54,816 bases of DNA. It comes from Minisyncoccota bacterium (GTDB lineage: Bacteria; Patescibacteriota; Minisyncoccia; UBA6257; 02-FULL-45-10c). A program made the translations under genes and the position numbers. How positions within the stretch are numbered: the stretch's first letter is position 1; the number at the start of each line of letters is the position of its first letter. The notes under the pieces are model-generated. The model was not told the origin of the DNA, ran no database searches, and saw nothing but the letters and a program-made list of their open reading frames with translations. Below, one piece after another: positions 8,505-17,632 of this stretch. The stretch spans positions 1 to 54,816 of the forward strand of contig JAQURY010000001.1 of assembly GCA_028715395.1 (NCBI GenBank), in the 5' to 3' direction.

Positions 8505-9935
8505 GTGTCTGAAAAATTCTACGTAACAACTTCCATAGCTTATGTTAACGCGCCGCCCCACATCGGCTTTGCTTTGGAGTCCGTGCAGGCGGATGTTTTG
8601 GCGCGCTTTTACAGGCAGTCGGGGAAAGATGTTTATTTTTTGACCGGTACCGACGAACATGGCGCGAAAATCGCGCGGGCGGCGGAAGAAGCGGGAGCAA
8701 CCCCCGAGAAATTAACGGATAATCTTTCCGGGAAATTCAAAAATCTTAAAAAGGCTCTCAATTTATCATGGGATAATTTTGTCAGGACATCGGACCAAAA
8801 AGCTCATTGGCCGGTGGCGCAGGAAATTTGGAATATGATTTTAAAAGCGGGCGACTTGGAGCAGAAAATTTACAAAGGCTTATATTGCGTCGGTTGCGAG
8901 GCATTTATAACAGAAAAAGATTTAGTTAATGGAAAATGCGCGATTCACCAGACGGCGCCGGAAAAAATTGAAGAAAAAAACTGGTTTTTCAAGCTTTCCA
9001 AATACGGAAAAGAATTGGAAAAGAAAATAAAAAGCGATGAATTAAAAATAGTTCCGGAAAGCCGGAAAAACGAAGTATTGTCGTTTTTGAAGGAAGGATT
9101 GGACGATGTCAGTTTTTCACGTCCCTCCAAGGATTTAAAATGGGGCGTTCCTGTGCCGGGCGATGATACTCAAACAATGTATGTCTGGGCGGATGCGCTG
9201 ACGAATTATATAAGCGGTTATGGCGGCATAAAGGCGTGGGAAAAACATCCTGCCGATATTCATATCATCGGAAAAGACATTTTGCGTTTTCACGCGATTA
9301 TTTGGCCGGCAATGCTCTTGTCCGCCAAACTGTCTTTGCCGAAAAATATTTATGTTCACGGATTTATTACAGTAGATAGACAAAAAATGTCCAAATCTTT
9401 AGGCAATACCATAAGTCCATTTGATTTAGTTGAGATGTATAAAGGTGCCGATGCAGTGCGCTATTTTCTTTTAAGAGAAATACCATCTTCGGAAGATGGA
9501 GATTTTAATTACATTAAGTTTAAAGAAAGATACAACGGAGATTTGGCGAATGGAATAGGTAATTTTGCTTCCAGGGTTTCAACTTTGGCTTGCAAGGAAA
9601 AAGAATTGGAATATAAGAAATCGTCTCTAAAATATGTAGAATTAGTTGAAAATAATCTAAATAATTTTTCAATAGATAAGGCGCTGGTCGCGATTATGGA
9701 CTTGGTTCGTTATGGTGATGGAATTATGGCGGCCGAAAAGCCGTGGGATAAAGCCGTTACGGAACAAAATCGCCGGAAATGCTTATCGGCCCTAGCGAGC
9801 ATACTATACGATTCCGCCAATTTGTTGAATCCGTTTTTGCCCGAGACTTCGGAAAAAATTCTGGAAAATATGGAAATTAAAGGAAAGAAAATAATTGTTA
9901 AGAAAAAAATAGAAAATCTTTTTCCTCGCCTATAA
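8505..9935 (+). CDS. metG: methionine--tRNA ligase (short form, GTG start)
   Basis: YVNAPPHIGFALE (HIGH-type) and KMSKSLGN (KMSKS) motifs, plus a CVGCEAF...KC zinc knuckle. At 476 aa it has no C-terminal tRNA-binding appendage. Confidence 0.9.
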   Translation: MSEKFYVTTSIAYVNAPPHIGFALESVQADVLARFYRQSGKDVYFLTGTDEHGAKIARAAEEAGATPEKLTDNLSGKFKNLKKALNLSWDNFVRTSDQKAHWPVAQEIWNMILKAGDLEQKIYKGLYCVGCEAFITEKDLVNGKCAIHQTAPEKIEEKNWFFKLSKYGKELEKKIKSDELKIVPESRKNEVLSFLKEGLDDVSFSRPSKDLKWGVPVPGDDTQTMYVWADALTNYISGYGGIKAWEKHPADIHIIGKDILRFHAIIWPAMLLSAKLSLPKNIYVHGFITVDRQKMSKSLGNTISPFDLVEMYKGADAVRYFLLREIPSSEDGDFNYIKFKERYNGDLANGIGNFASRVSTLACKEKELEYKKSSLKYVELVENNLNNFSIDKALVAIMDLVRYGDGIMAAEKPWDKAVTEQNRRKCLSALASILYDSANLLNPFLPETSEKILENMEIKGKKIIVKKKIENLFPRL

Positions 9936-9942
9936 AAAAGGA

Positions 9943-9967
9943 AAGACCTCGCGGAGCGAGGTCTTTT
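9943..9967 (+). terminator. intrinsic terminator after metG
   Basis: Stem gacctcg / cgaggtc with loop cggag, A/T extensions and a trailing tttt. Confidence 0.7.
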
Positions 9968-9977
9968 AAAATGAAAA

Positions 9978-10201
9978 CAGAAGCGGCGGGAGATGAGTAA
10001 TCCCAAGAGTGTTCGAAACTAACAAAGATCGATCCTTGTTAACATTGAGCGCGCATAGCGAACGCCTTAAGCGAATAAATCGCTTATTTTCGCCAGAAAT
10101 TTTTGGCTCGTTGGCAGTTCGTTGTGCCTTGTTGGTGTTACGCGCCCTTTATATTTGAAACAGCTTTGAAAAAGGATAAACCCGATCTCTCCGCCGCTTT
10201 G
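9978..10201. ncRNA. candidate structured RNA or regulatory element of unknown class
   Basis: Non-coding 368-bp gap. About 15 bp of long-range pairing GAAGCGGCGGGAGAT (9980-9994) with ATCTC(T)CCGCCGCTTT (10185-10200) encloses several hairpins, including taagcga/tcgctta plus tttt at 10067-10089. No known RNA family motif recognised. Confidence 0.3.
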
Positions 10202-10303
10202 CTTCCGCAATATTTTAAAGAACTGAATCAGCCAGTAGCTGAACCAGTAAATCCATAATAGTGTGGATTTGCTGATACATTTAGTATAAAATATTGAGTA
10301 TTC

Positions 10304-11164
10304 ATGTCAAATCCACAGAAAATAATAGACGTTCATTCTCATATCCATTTTCCGGAATATGACAAGGACCGCGAAAAAGTCATTAAAAATGCGAGAAAAA
10401 CTGGCATTAAGATGGTAACAGTGGGCGTTACGGCGGCTGATTCGGAAAAGGCCATTTCTTTGGCGCGCGAATATCCGGAAGATATCTGGGCCACAGTCGG
10501 CTTTCATCCCAATGATTTAAATAAAGAAACCATGGAGGGTGAGCCGGAAATTTTTAATGCCGGAAAATTATTGGAATTGGCAAAAGAAAAAAAAGTGATA
10601 GCCATAGGTGAGTGCGGCTTGGAATATTACAGATTAGGAGCTTTTAAGGAAGATGTCGTTGAAAGAATAAAAAAAACGCAGAAGCAGGCATTCGCGGAAC
10701 AAATGGAAATCGCCAAGGCGCTGAACAAGCCTCTGATGATTCATTGCCGCCCCACCAAAGGAACCGATGATTCAAACGAGGACATATTTGAGATTTTAAA
10801 AAGCGGAAATAAGCCGCTAAAAATTATCATGCATTTTTATTCCGGCAGTTTGGACATGGCGAAAAATCTGGCCGAGTTCGGATGTTATTTTTCTTTTGGC
10901 GGCGTGATCACCTTTACGATGGATAAAGATGAAATATTGAAATATCTTCCCATGGAAAGAATTTTGCTGGAAACGGACGCTCCCTATGTGGCGCCCGATC
11001 CTTATCGCGGGAAAAGAAACGAACCGGTATATATTTTAAAAACCGCGGAAAGGCTGGCGCAAGTTAAAAACTATGAAACCGGCGCGATGCTGGAGAAAAT
11101 TTACGAAAATTCCTTGGAAGTATTCGATTTAGACGAAGAAAGAAAGCTCCCCGAGGGCATATAA
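10304..11164 (+). CDS. TatD family metal-dependent hydrolase/DNase
   Basis: IDVHSHIHFPEY metal-binding start, GECGLEYY, MIHCR and LLETDAPY motifs typical of TatD/YchF-type hydrolases. Confidence 0.85.
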   Translation: MSNPQKIIDVHSHIHFPEYDKDREKVIKNARKTGIKMVTVGVTAADSEKAISLAREYPEDIWATVGFHPNDLNKETMEGEPEIFNAGKLLELAKEKKVIAIGECGLEYYRLGAFKEDVVERIKKTQKQAFAEQMEIAKALNKPLMIHCRPTKGTDDSNEDIFEILKSGNKPLKIIMHFYSGSLDMAKNLAEFGCYFSFGGVITFTMDKDEILKYLPMERILLETDAPYVAPDPYRGKRNEPVYILKTAERLAQVKNYETGAMLEKIYENSLEVFDLDEERKLPEGI

Positions 11165-11228
11165 ATCAAAATTGCCCTGTGGATAATTTTATTGCTTATT
11201 AAAATCATCGCCGTTATTATGAAACATA

Positions 11229-13625
11229 ATGTCTTATAATCCTCAAAAGATAGAATCAAAGTGGCAGAAAATTTGGAAAGAAAAAAACATTTATAAAGCC
11301 AAAGATTCGGTAAGAGGCGAAAAGAATTTTTATCATTTGGTAATGTTTCCTTATCCTTCCGGCGACCTTCACATCGGCCACTGGTATAATTTTGCGCCGG
11401 CGGACATTTACGCAAGATTCAAAAAAATGGAAGGGTATAACGTGATGAGCCCTATCGGTTTTGATTCGTTCGGTTTGCCCGCGGAAAATGCCGCCATTAA
11501 AAGAAAAATCCAGCCGGAGAAATGGACGTTGGAGAATATCAAGACAATGACCGCCCAGCTTGAAACGATGGGCAACATGTATGATTGGTCGCGGATGGTG
11601 GTTACCTGCCTTCCCGATTATTACAAATGGAATCAATGGCTATTTTTGAAATTTTTTGAAAAGGGATTGGCTTATCGCAAAAAAGCTTTGGCGAACTGGT
11701 GCCCGAATTGCAAATCAGTTTTGGCCAATGAGCAGGCCGAAGGAAACAAATGCTGGAGGTGCGAAGGACCGGTTGAACAAAAAGAAATAGAACAGTGGTT
11801 CTTAAAAATCACGGATTATGCAGACCGCCTTTTGGAGGACTTGGAGCCGCTTGATTGGCCGGAAAAAACGAAAATAATGCAGAAAAACTGGATCGGCCGT
11901 TCCGAGGGAGCGGAAATTGAATTTCCCGTTGAGGATTCAAACTTGAAGATTAAAATATTTACCACTCGCGCCGATACTTTGCCGGGAGCCACCTATCTTG
12001 TTTTGGCGCCCGAACATCCTCTTATTACCATTCTTGAGGCCCGCATCAGGAACATAAATAGCGTCAAGGAATATATAGAACAAGCCAAGCATAAATCGGA
12101 GCTTGAAAGGGTTGCGGAAACCAAAACAAAAACAGGCATTGAATTGCAGGGAATAACAGTTATAAATCCTTATACAAAAAACGAAATTCCGGTTTTGATT
12201 TCAGATTATGTTTTGGCGGGCTATGGAACGGGCGCCATAATGGCCGTGCCGGCCCATGACGAAAGAGATTTTGATTTTGCCCAGAAATTCAACCTGAAAA
12301 TCATTCCGGTAATCGCTTTTGATGGAAAAGAAGTAAAAGACAAGGTTTATACCGGAGATGGAACGATGATAAATTCCGGCGAAATGGATAATTTGCCGAA
12401 TCATATTGCCAAAGACCGCATCATAGAAATGATAAGCGGCAAGAAAAAAGTTAATTACAAGCTCCGCGATTGGCTGATTTCCCGCCAGAGATACTGGGGT
12501 ACCCCGATTCCCGTGGTTTATTGCAAAAAGTGCGGAGCAGTTCCCGTTCCGGAAAAAGATTTGCCGGTAATTCTTCCCAAGGTTAAAGATTACACTCCAG
12601 AAGAAGGAAAGTCTCCATTGGCGAGAGCCGCTGATTTTGTGAAGACCGTTTGTCCGCAATGCAAAGAGCCGGCCGAAAGGGAAACCGACACAATGGACAC
12701 ATTTGTGGATTCTTCGTGGTATTTTATCCGCTATACCGACCCGAACAATAAAAAGGAATTGGTTGATGAGAAAAAAATGAAAGCGTGGCTGCCCGTGAAA
12801 ATGTATATCGGCGGCCCGGAACATGCCGTTATGCATCTGCTTTATGCCAGATTTTTCACGAAGTTCTTATATGACGAAGGAATAATCAATTTTTCCGAGC
12901 CGTTTTTGTCGCTGCGCCACCAGGGAATGATACTCGGTTCCGACGGCCAAAAGATGTCCAAGTCCCGCGGCAACGTGGTGGATCCGGACGAGCTGGTGAA
13001 AAAATTCGGCGCGGACACGGTAAGGATGTTCCTTTGCTTCATGAGCGAATATGACCAGGGCGGCCCATGGAATCCGGGAGGCATTTTGGGAATTCACAGG
13101 TTCTTAAACAGAGTTTGGAATCTTTACAATGAGCCGGAAAAATCCGACGAAAAAGAAACTCCGGAATTCAGCATGGTTTTCAATAAGACCATTAAAAAAG
13201 TCGGAGAAGATATTCCTGTTTTGAAATTTAACACGGCAATTTCCGCCTTAATGGTTCTTTTAAACGATATGGAAAAAAATCCGGGCTTTTGCAGTCGCTC
13301 CGTAAAGGAAGCGTTTGCTAAGCTTTTGGCTCCTTTCGCTCCGCACATAGCCGAAGAATTATGGGAGATTTTAGGAAATAAAAAATCGATACATCTTGAG
13401 CCGTGGCCGAATTACGATAAGAAAGCTCTCGTCGGAGAAGAATATGAGTTGATTGTCCAGATTAACGGAAAATTACGCGACAAGATTTTCGTTTCAAAAA
13501 ATCTCGCTCAATCGGAAATAGAAAAAATAGTTTTGGAGAGAGAAAAAATCAAGCAGGTGATTGGCGTGAATCCGCCCAAGAAAATAATTTTTGTTGCCGG
13601 AAAGCTTATGAATCTGGTTGTTTAA
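11229..13625 (+). CDS. leuS: leucine--tRNA ligase
   Basis: 798 aa. HIGHWYNF (HIGH) and KMSKSRGN (KMSKS) motifs, with a CP1 editing-domain-length insert. Confidence 0.95.
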   Translation: MSYNPQKIESKWQKIWKEKNIYKAKDSVRGEKNFYHLVMFPYPSGDLHIGHWYNFAPADIYARFKKMEGYNVMSPIGFDSFGLPAENAAIKRKIQPEKWTLENIKTMTAQLETMGNMYDWSRMVVTCLPDYYKWNQWLFLKFFEKGLAYRKKALANWCPNCKSVLANEQAEGNKCWRCEGPVEQKEIEQWFLKITDYADRLLEDLEPLDWPEKTKIMQKNWIGRSEGAEIEFPVEDSNLKIKIFTTRADTLPGATYLVLAPEHPLITILEARIRNINSVKEYIEQAKHKSELERVAETKTKTGIELQGITVINPYTKNEIPVLISDYVLAGYGTGAIMAVPAHDERDFDFAQKFNLKIIPVIAFDGKEVKDKVYTGDGTMINSGEMDNLPNHIAKDRIIEMISGKKKVNYKLRDWLISRQRYWGTPIPVVYCKKCGAVPVPEKDLPVILPKVKDYTPEEGKSPLARAADFVKTVCPQCKEPAERETDTMDTFVDSSWYFIRYTDPNNKKELVDEKKMKAWLPVKMYIGGPEHAVMHLLYARFFTKFLYDEGIINFSEPFLSLRHQGMILGSDGQKMSKSRGNVVDPDELVKKFGADTVRMFLCFMSEYDQGGPWNPGGILGIHRFLNRVWNLYNEPEKSDEKETPEFSMVFNKTIKKVGEDIPVLKFNTAISALMVLLNDMEKNPGFCSRSVKEAFAKLLAPFAPHIAEELWEILGNKKSIHLEPWPNYDKKALVGEEYELIVQINGKLRDKIFVSKNLAQSEIEKIVLEREKIKQVIGVNPPKKIIFVAGKLMNLVV

Positions 13626-13630
13626 AGCAG

Positions 13631-14290
13631 ATGAAAATCGTTAAAATAAAAGCCGGTAATTTTAAGGATTATCCGGAAGCCATTTTGGAAGTCGTGGAAA
13701 TCATTAAAAGTGGCGGAGTTGTCGTTTATCCGACGGATACGGTTTACGGGCTCGGAGCCAATGCCGGCAACGGGCAAGCGATTGAGAAAATTTTCCGGAT
13801 TAAAAAAAGGCCGGAAACCAATCCTTTGATTTTGATTGCGGCCGGCATTGAAATGGCGGAGAAATTTGCGCAAATCGATGCCGAAACTGAAAAGATTTTG
13901 TCTGTTATTTGGCCAAATCCCGTTACGGTAATACTTAAAAACAAAGGCAATTTGCCGGCGGCGGTTACGGCCGGGCAGGCGACTGTGGCCTTGCGCGTTC
14001 CCGACTTTGAATTGGCGAGATATTTATCCGAAAAATCAGGCATGCCTTTAATTTCGACTTCGGCTAATATTTCGGGAATGCCTCCTGCCGTAAAAAGTGC
14101 GCAAGTTATTGATTATTTTGAGAAACAGGAATACCGGCCGGATTTGTTTCTGGACGCGGGAGATCTGTCGGAGCGGATTCCTTCAACGATATTGGATTTG
14201 AGCGGCGGTGAACCGAAAATACTCCGGAAGGGGCCGGTAGGCGAAAAAGAAATTTTTGAGATAATAAATAAAACAAAAAACGCCCGTTAA
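13631..14290 (+). CDS. tsaC: L-threonylcarbamoyladenylate synthase (YrdC/TsaC family)
   Basis: VVYPTDTVYGLGANA and SANISG motifs typical of the YrdC/Sua5 family. The 219-aa length fits a single-domain form. Confidence 0.85.
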   Translation: MKIVKIKAGNFKDYPEAILEVVEIIKSGGVVVYPTDTVYGLGANAGNGQAIEKIFRIKKRPETNPLILIAAGIEMAEKFAQIDAETEKILSVIWPNPVTVILKNKGNLPAAVTAGQATVALRVPDFELARYLSEKSGMPLISTSANISGMPPAVKSAQVIDYFEKQEYRPDLFLDAGDLSERIPSTILDLSGGEPKILRKGPVGEKEIFEIINKTKNAR

Positions 14291-14300
14291 GGCGTTTTTT
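14275..14300. terminator. bidirectional terminator between convergent tsaC and the surface protein gene
   Basis: aaaaaacgcc cgttaa ggcgtttttt. The stem is flanked by an A-run and a T-run, so it can function on both strands. Confidence 0.7.
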
Positions 14301-14312
14301 GTTTTCAGTAGT

Positions 14313-16730
14313 TTATATTATGCTGACCGTTTTTCTTCCTTTGAAGAAGAAGAACGCTCCGGCTGCAGCCGCAATGGCCAAAATCATGTCGATATACCAA
14401 GTTCCAAAAATGGTTCCCATTATATCGATTATTGAAGCCGCGAGTTTAAATCCGCCGCTGACTTTTAATGTAGATTCAGAGGTTATGGTATTGGCTTTTC
14501 CGTTAACATAGGCCAATGAAGAGCTGGCTTTGATTTCTTTGTCCGCTTCAAAATCGGATTTAACAGTTAAATGAACATTGAGAACTCCCTCTTCTCCTGG
14601 ATTGATTTTTCCGACTTCAAATCTCAAAATATTATTTCCTTCAAAAGTAACTGCCGCTGAATCAACGTTTTTATATTCGAGTTCGTCGGGAAGTATCACT
14701 CTTAAAGTAGAATTGGTTACGGCTTTGGTGCTTCCGTTTTTATATTTGACCGTATAGATAACTTCGTCGCCCGCTTTCGGAGATGTATTGTCAAAAGAAG
14801 AGGTCAAAGTTACGAGGGTATTTACCGTAACAGTAGTTGAATTGGCGGTGCTGCTGGAAACGACAGGAGAAGAATTACTGACTGTATTAACTTGAGTAGT
14901 AAGGGTCATTATCGCTCCATAGCTGATGCCAGCTGAATTTTGCGCAACCGCTCTGTAATAATAAGTGGTTTGCGAATTCAATGCGGTTAAAATAGTTTCA
15001 ATTCCAACCGAAGTGTTGCCGTATCCGATTGAAACGCGGGTCGCGGCATTGCCCAAAGAAGATGTGGTGCCCCATTCAAACCAGGCTTCAGTAGCCGAAT
15101 TGTTGGGGATTATAGTTCCTTTAAGTTGCGCTGAACCGATGTAGATGAAAGCGGCCGGAAGAGTGGTAACTATCGGCGCGTTGCCCGTGTAGTTAACTAC
15201 CTGATTTGTATTTGTGGTTGTAAAACTCATTACTGCGCCATAAACGGTTCCATAGGAACTTTGCGCTCCGGCTCTGTAATAGTAAGTAGTGTTCGGAGAA
15301 AGTCCGCTTAATGTGGCATAAATGCTTACGGCGGAAGTTCCATTGCCAACCGACTGATTGTTGGCGCTGTAGCTTAAAGAGTTCGGATTGGTTCCGTATT
15401 CAAACCATCCGTTGGTGGATGTGCCGTTCGGATTAACCGTTCCGTTTAACAAAGCGGAATTATTTGTAATTGAAGTAGCGATAACAGTTGTAACAACCGG
15501 AGGCGTATTATTAACCGTATTTTGCAATGTAGTGAAACTCATAAGAGCTCCGCGGTTTACGCCGTAAGAGTTTTGCGCGACAGCCTGGAAATAATAAGTT
15601 GTATTGGCGTTAAGTCCGGAAATATAAGTTGTAGGCATATTGACCAAAGAAGTTCCGCTGCCGATATTCTGGTTGCCGGCTGAATAACCCAAAGAGTTTG
15701 CATTAGTTCCGTATTCAAACCAGACATTTGTGCTGTTGCCGTTCGGATTAACCGCTCCGTTCAAATAAGCATTGTTGTAATTGATTGTGCTCGCGGCATA
15801 AGTCGTGGCGGTCGGAGCAGAACCGGTTTGAGTTGTGGTATTGGTGGTTGTAAAACTCATTACGGTTCCGTAAGCGGGGGATCCGTAAGAATTTTGCGCC
15901 ACAATTCTGAAATAATAAGTTGTGTTTTGATTAAGTCCCCCCAAATAAGAAGAAACGTTTGTGGAAGAAGTTCCATTGCCGATTGTTTGATTGCCGACGG
16001 TTCCGATAACGGAATTCAATGTTGAATCAGTTCCATATTGGAACCAGACAGTTGTGTTTGATCCGTTCGGATTAACCGAAGCGTTTAAAGTCGCCGAATT
16101 TGTATTGATAGAAGAAGCCGAATTTGTCGTAACGCTCGGCGCAGAACCGTTTGTTCCTCCTCCGGTAGTTCCGCCGACTAAAGCTCTGAATACGACATAT
16201 CCTTTAGCTCCCGGTTCCAAATCGCCCAAATAAAGGCCGTTGGTGGAGCCGCTGTTGATAGTTACCTCAGAACCGTTTTGTCCATTAGGAAGAGTGGCAA
16301 TATAAGAAAGATTATTTCTGTTGGGATACCATTTTGTGGAACCGGAAACATAACCGAGCGTCTGGCTGGAAGACAGCGAAACGTTGACATTGGTAATTAC
16401 CGCGCTGGACATTCCGTTAGCGGCTACTTTTGCTTGAAGATTAAAAGAAGAAGAAGCGCTTGTCGGCAGTTCTATTTTAACTTTCGTGCCGTGGGCAATC
16501 TCATTAGAGGTATTGTTATAAGAAATCAGAAAAGAAATTTGTTCTCCCGCGTCCGCTGAAACAGAGTCGGACCAGTTGACGCTGGAATTCGGGTGATCGG
16601 TATAGTTTGAAACATAAGAATCCGAGCTGAAAGTGACTGCGGCCTGAACGGATGTCATTGGAACAAAAATTCCCGCAAGCATAATAGCGCTTAAAGAACC
16701 GATTGAAATTTTTTGTATTAAATTTTTCAT
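14313..16730 (-). CDS. large secreted surface protein: signal peptide, DUF11-like ends, four tandem Fn3-like repeats, C-terminal TM anchor
   Basis: N-terminal signal MKNLIQKISIGSLSAIMLAGIFVPMTSVQA. Four ~105-aa repeats share NPNG..T..WFEYGT...NTTYYYR.VAQNSYG...G..MSFTT. C-terminal MILAIAAAAGAFFFF followed by KGRK. Confidence 0.8.
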   Translation of the reverse strand: MKNLIQKISIGSLSAIMLAGIFVPMTSVQAAVTFSSDSYVSNYTDHPNSSVNWSDSVSADAGEQISFLISYNNTSNEIAHGTKVKIELPTSASSSFNLQAKVAANGMSSAVITNVNVSLSSSQTLGYVSGSTKWYPNRNNLSYIATLPNGQNGSEVTINSGSTNGLYLGDLEPGAKGYVVFRALVGGTTGGGTNGSAPSVTTNSASSINTNSATLNASVNPNGSNTTVWFQYGTDSTLNSVIGTVGNQTIGNGTSSTNVSSYLGGLNQNTTYYFRIVAQNSYGSPAYGTVMSFTTTNTTTQTGSAPTATTYAASTINYNNAYLNGAVNPNGNSTNVWFEYGTNANSLGYSAGNQNIGSGTSLVNMPTTYISGLNANTTYYFQAVAQNSYGVNRGALMSFTTLQNTVNNTPPVVTTVIATSITNNSALLNGTVNPNGTSTNGWFEYGTNPNSLSYSANNQSVGNGTSAVSIYATLSGLSPNTTYYYRAGAQSSYGTVYGAVMSFTTTNTNQVVNYTGNAPIVTTLPAAFIYIGSAQLKGTIIPNNSATEAWFEWGTTSSLGNAATRVSIGYGNTSVGIETILTALNSQTTYYYRAVAQNSAGISYGAIMTLTTQVNTVSNSSPVVSSSTANSTTVTVNTLVTLTSSFDNTSPKAGDEVIYTVKYKNGSTKAVTNSTLRVILPDELEYKNVDSAAVTFEGNNILRFEVGKINPGEEGVLNVHLTVKSDFEADKEIKASSSLAYVNGKANTITSESTLKVSGGFKLAASIIDIMGTIFGTWYIDMILAIAAAAGAFFFFKGRKTVSII
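14880..16145 (-). repeat. four tandem coding repeats (~315 nt each) inside the surface protein gene
   Basis: Repeat units recognised at protein level from about aa 196 to 616. Coordinates are approximate. Confidence 0.7.
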
Positions 16731-16803
16731 ATTTTTTTATTTATATTTTTAGCGGACCTTTGTCCACTCTAAAAATTTCAAATCTTAAAATCTTTAGAGT
16801 GGA

Positions 16804-16830
16804 GGAGAGAAGCTTTTAGGGCTTCTCTCC
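16804..16830 (-). terminator. hairpin terminator downstream of 16855-17421 (minus)
   Basis: 10-bp stem ggagagaagc / gcttctctcc with a 7-nt loop. A second 10-bp hairpin ccactctaaa / tttagagtgg lies at 16764-16802. Confidence 0.5.
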
Positions 16831-16854
16831 GCTCCTGAAAATCTCTGGACGAGA

Positions 16855-17421
16855 TCAGTGTGTCTGCGAGTTTCCTCGCGTCTTTCCTTTTCCGAATTGC
16901 CACTCGATGTAAACGAGCGGGATGAAGGGTGCTATCGTTTTCAGCGAGCCGAGAGAACTGTTCGTCCTTTCGTCTGAGCTGTAATTCGAAGGCAGTCCGT
17001 CATCGTCGTTTCCGTCGTCGTTGGTGTCTGTGGGGAATGGGTTATTCGCGATGATGGAATCGGCTGTTGCCGCTCCTGCCGCGAACGCGACTACGTTTGA
17101 AAGTATCTTCGCCCATTTCTCCCACTGGGATTCCTGGTACTTGTCCTTGGCGTTGATGTCGGGCTTGTTCGCCTTTATGGCGATAAGCGAGCCACCTCCG
17201 CAAAGTCCTGCGCCGATGCACAGGTATTGTACCGGAGCGTCGGGCTGGATTGTCATCCTGAGTCCCGCGCCTGCCATGAACATCCCGAGCATGGACGGAA
17301 CCATCCTGTAACCGGTCGGCTCCTTCTTCACGGTCAGGTCGATTTCCTGCGCGTGAAGCGCGGGAACCAGCGTTGCTATGAATGAAACTACGACCAGCAA
17401 AACAAGCATTTTCTTGTTCAT
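16855..17421 (-). CDS. hypothetical secreted protein, GC-rich cassette B
   Basis: Sec-type signal MNKKMLVLLVVVSFIATLVPALHA|QE. GGAG SD 5 nt upstream of the ATG. TTTACA-N17-TATATT with a TG extension upstream. Gly/Ala-rich hydrophobic core and an Asp-rich segment. No family recognised. Confidence 0.5.
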   Translation of the reverse strand: MNKKMLVLLVVVSFIATLVPALHAQEIDLTVKKEPTGYRMVPSMLGMFMAGAGLRMTIQPDAPVQYLCIGAGLCGGGSLIAIKANKPDINAKDKYQESQWEKWAKILSNVVAFAAGAATADSIIANNPFPTDTNDDGNDDDGLPSNYSSDERTNSSLGSLKTIAPFIPLVYIEWQFGKGKTRGNSQTH

Positions 17422-17632
17422 TTTGTCTCCTTTTTGGGTTTTTTAAACCTCGTCCAGGGGTTTATTATTCCAAGGTACTACGGTGCATAATATACCATAA
17501 TGTCAAAAATTTGTAAAGAGGGGGTGCCGAATAGGCATATTCTCCTTAATTTGACAAAAATGGCATTTGGTTATACTATATTATTCAGAACTTTGAAGTC
17601 AATATCCTATTGAAATAAAAAGGAGACTAAGA

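Noticed and set aside
9710-10006. 98-aa minus-strand ORF overlapping the metG 3' end and terminator
   Set aside because: It is antisense to metG, runs through the terminator hairpin and has no start context.
10262-10317. DnaA-box-like inverted 9-mers tgtggattt / aaatccaca flanking the tatD-like start codon, plus a perfect TGTGGATAA at 11178-11186; possible oriC
   Set aside because: There are only three boxes, and one perfect 9-mer is expected by chance in a window of this size. No dnaA or dnaN is nearby, and gene orientation is plus on both sides, so there is no strand switch. The 9-bp inverted repeat might still modulate tatD translation, but the evidence is thin.
14880-16145. A regular ~315-nt periodicity that could be mistaken for a repeat array or CRISPR
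   Set aside because: The repeats are in-frame protein-coding Fn3-like units that are long and diverged. There are no short direct repeats with unique spacers and no cas genes.
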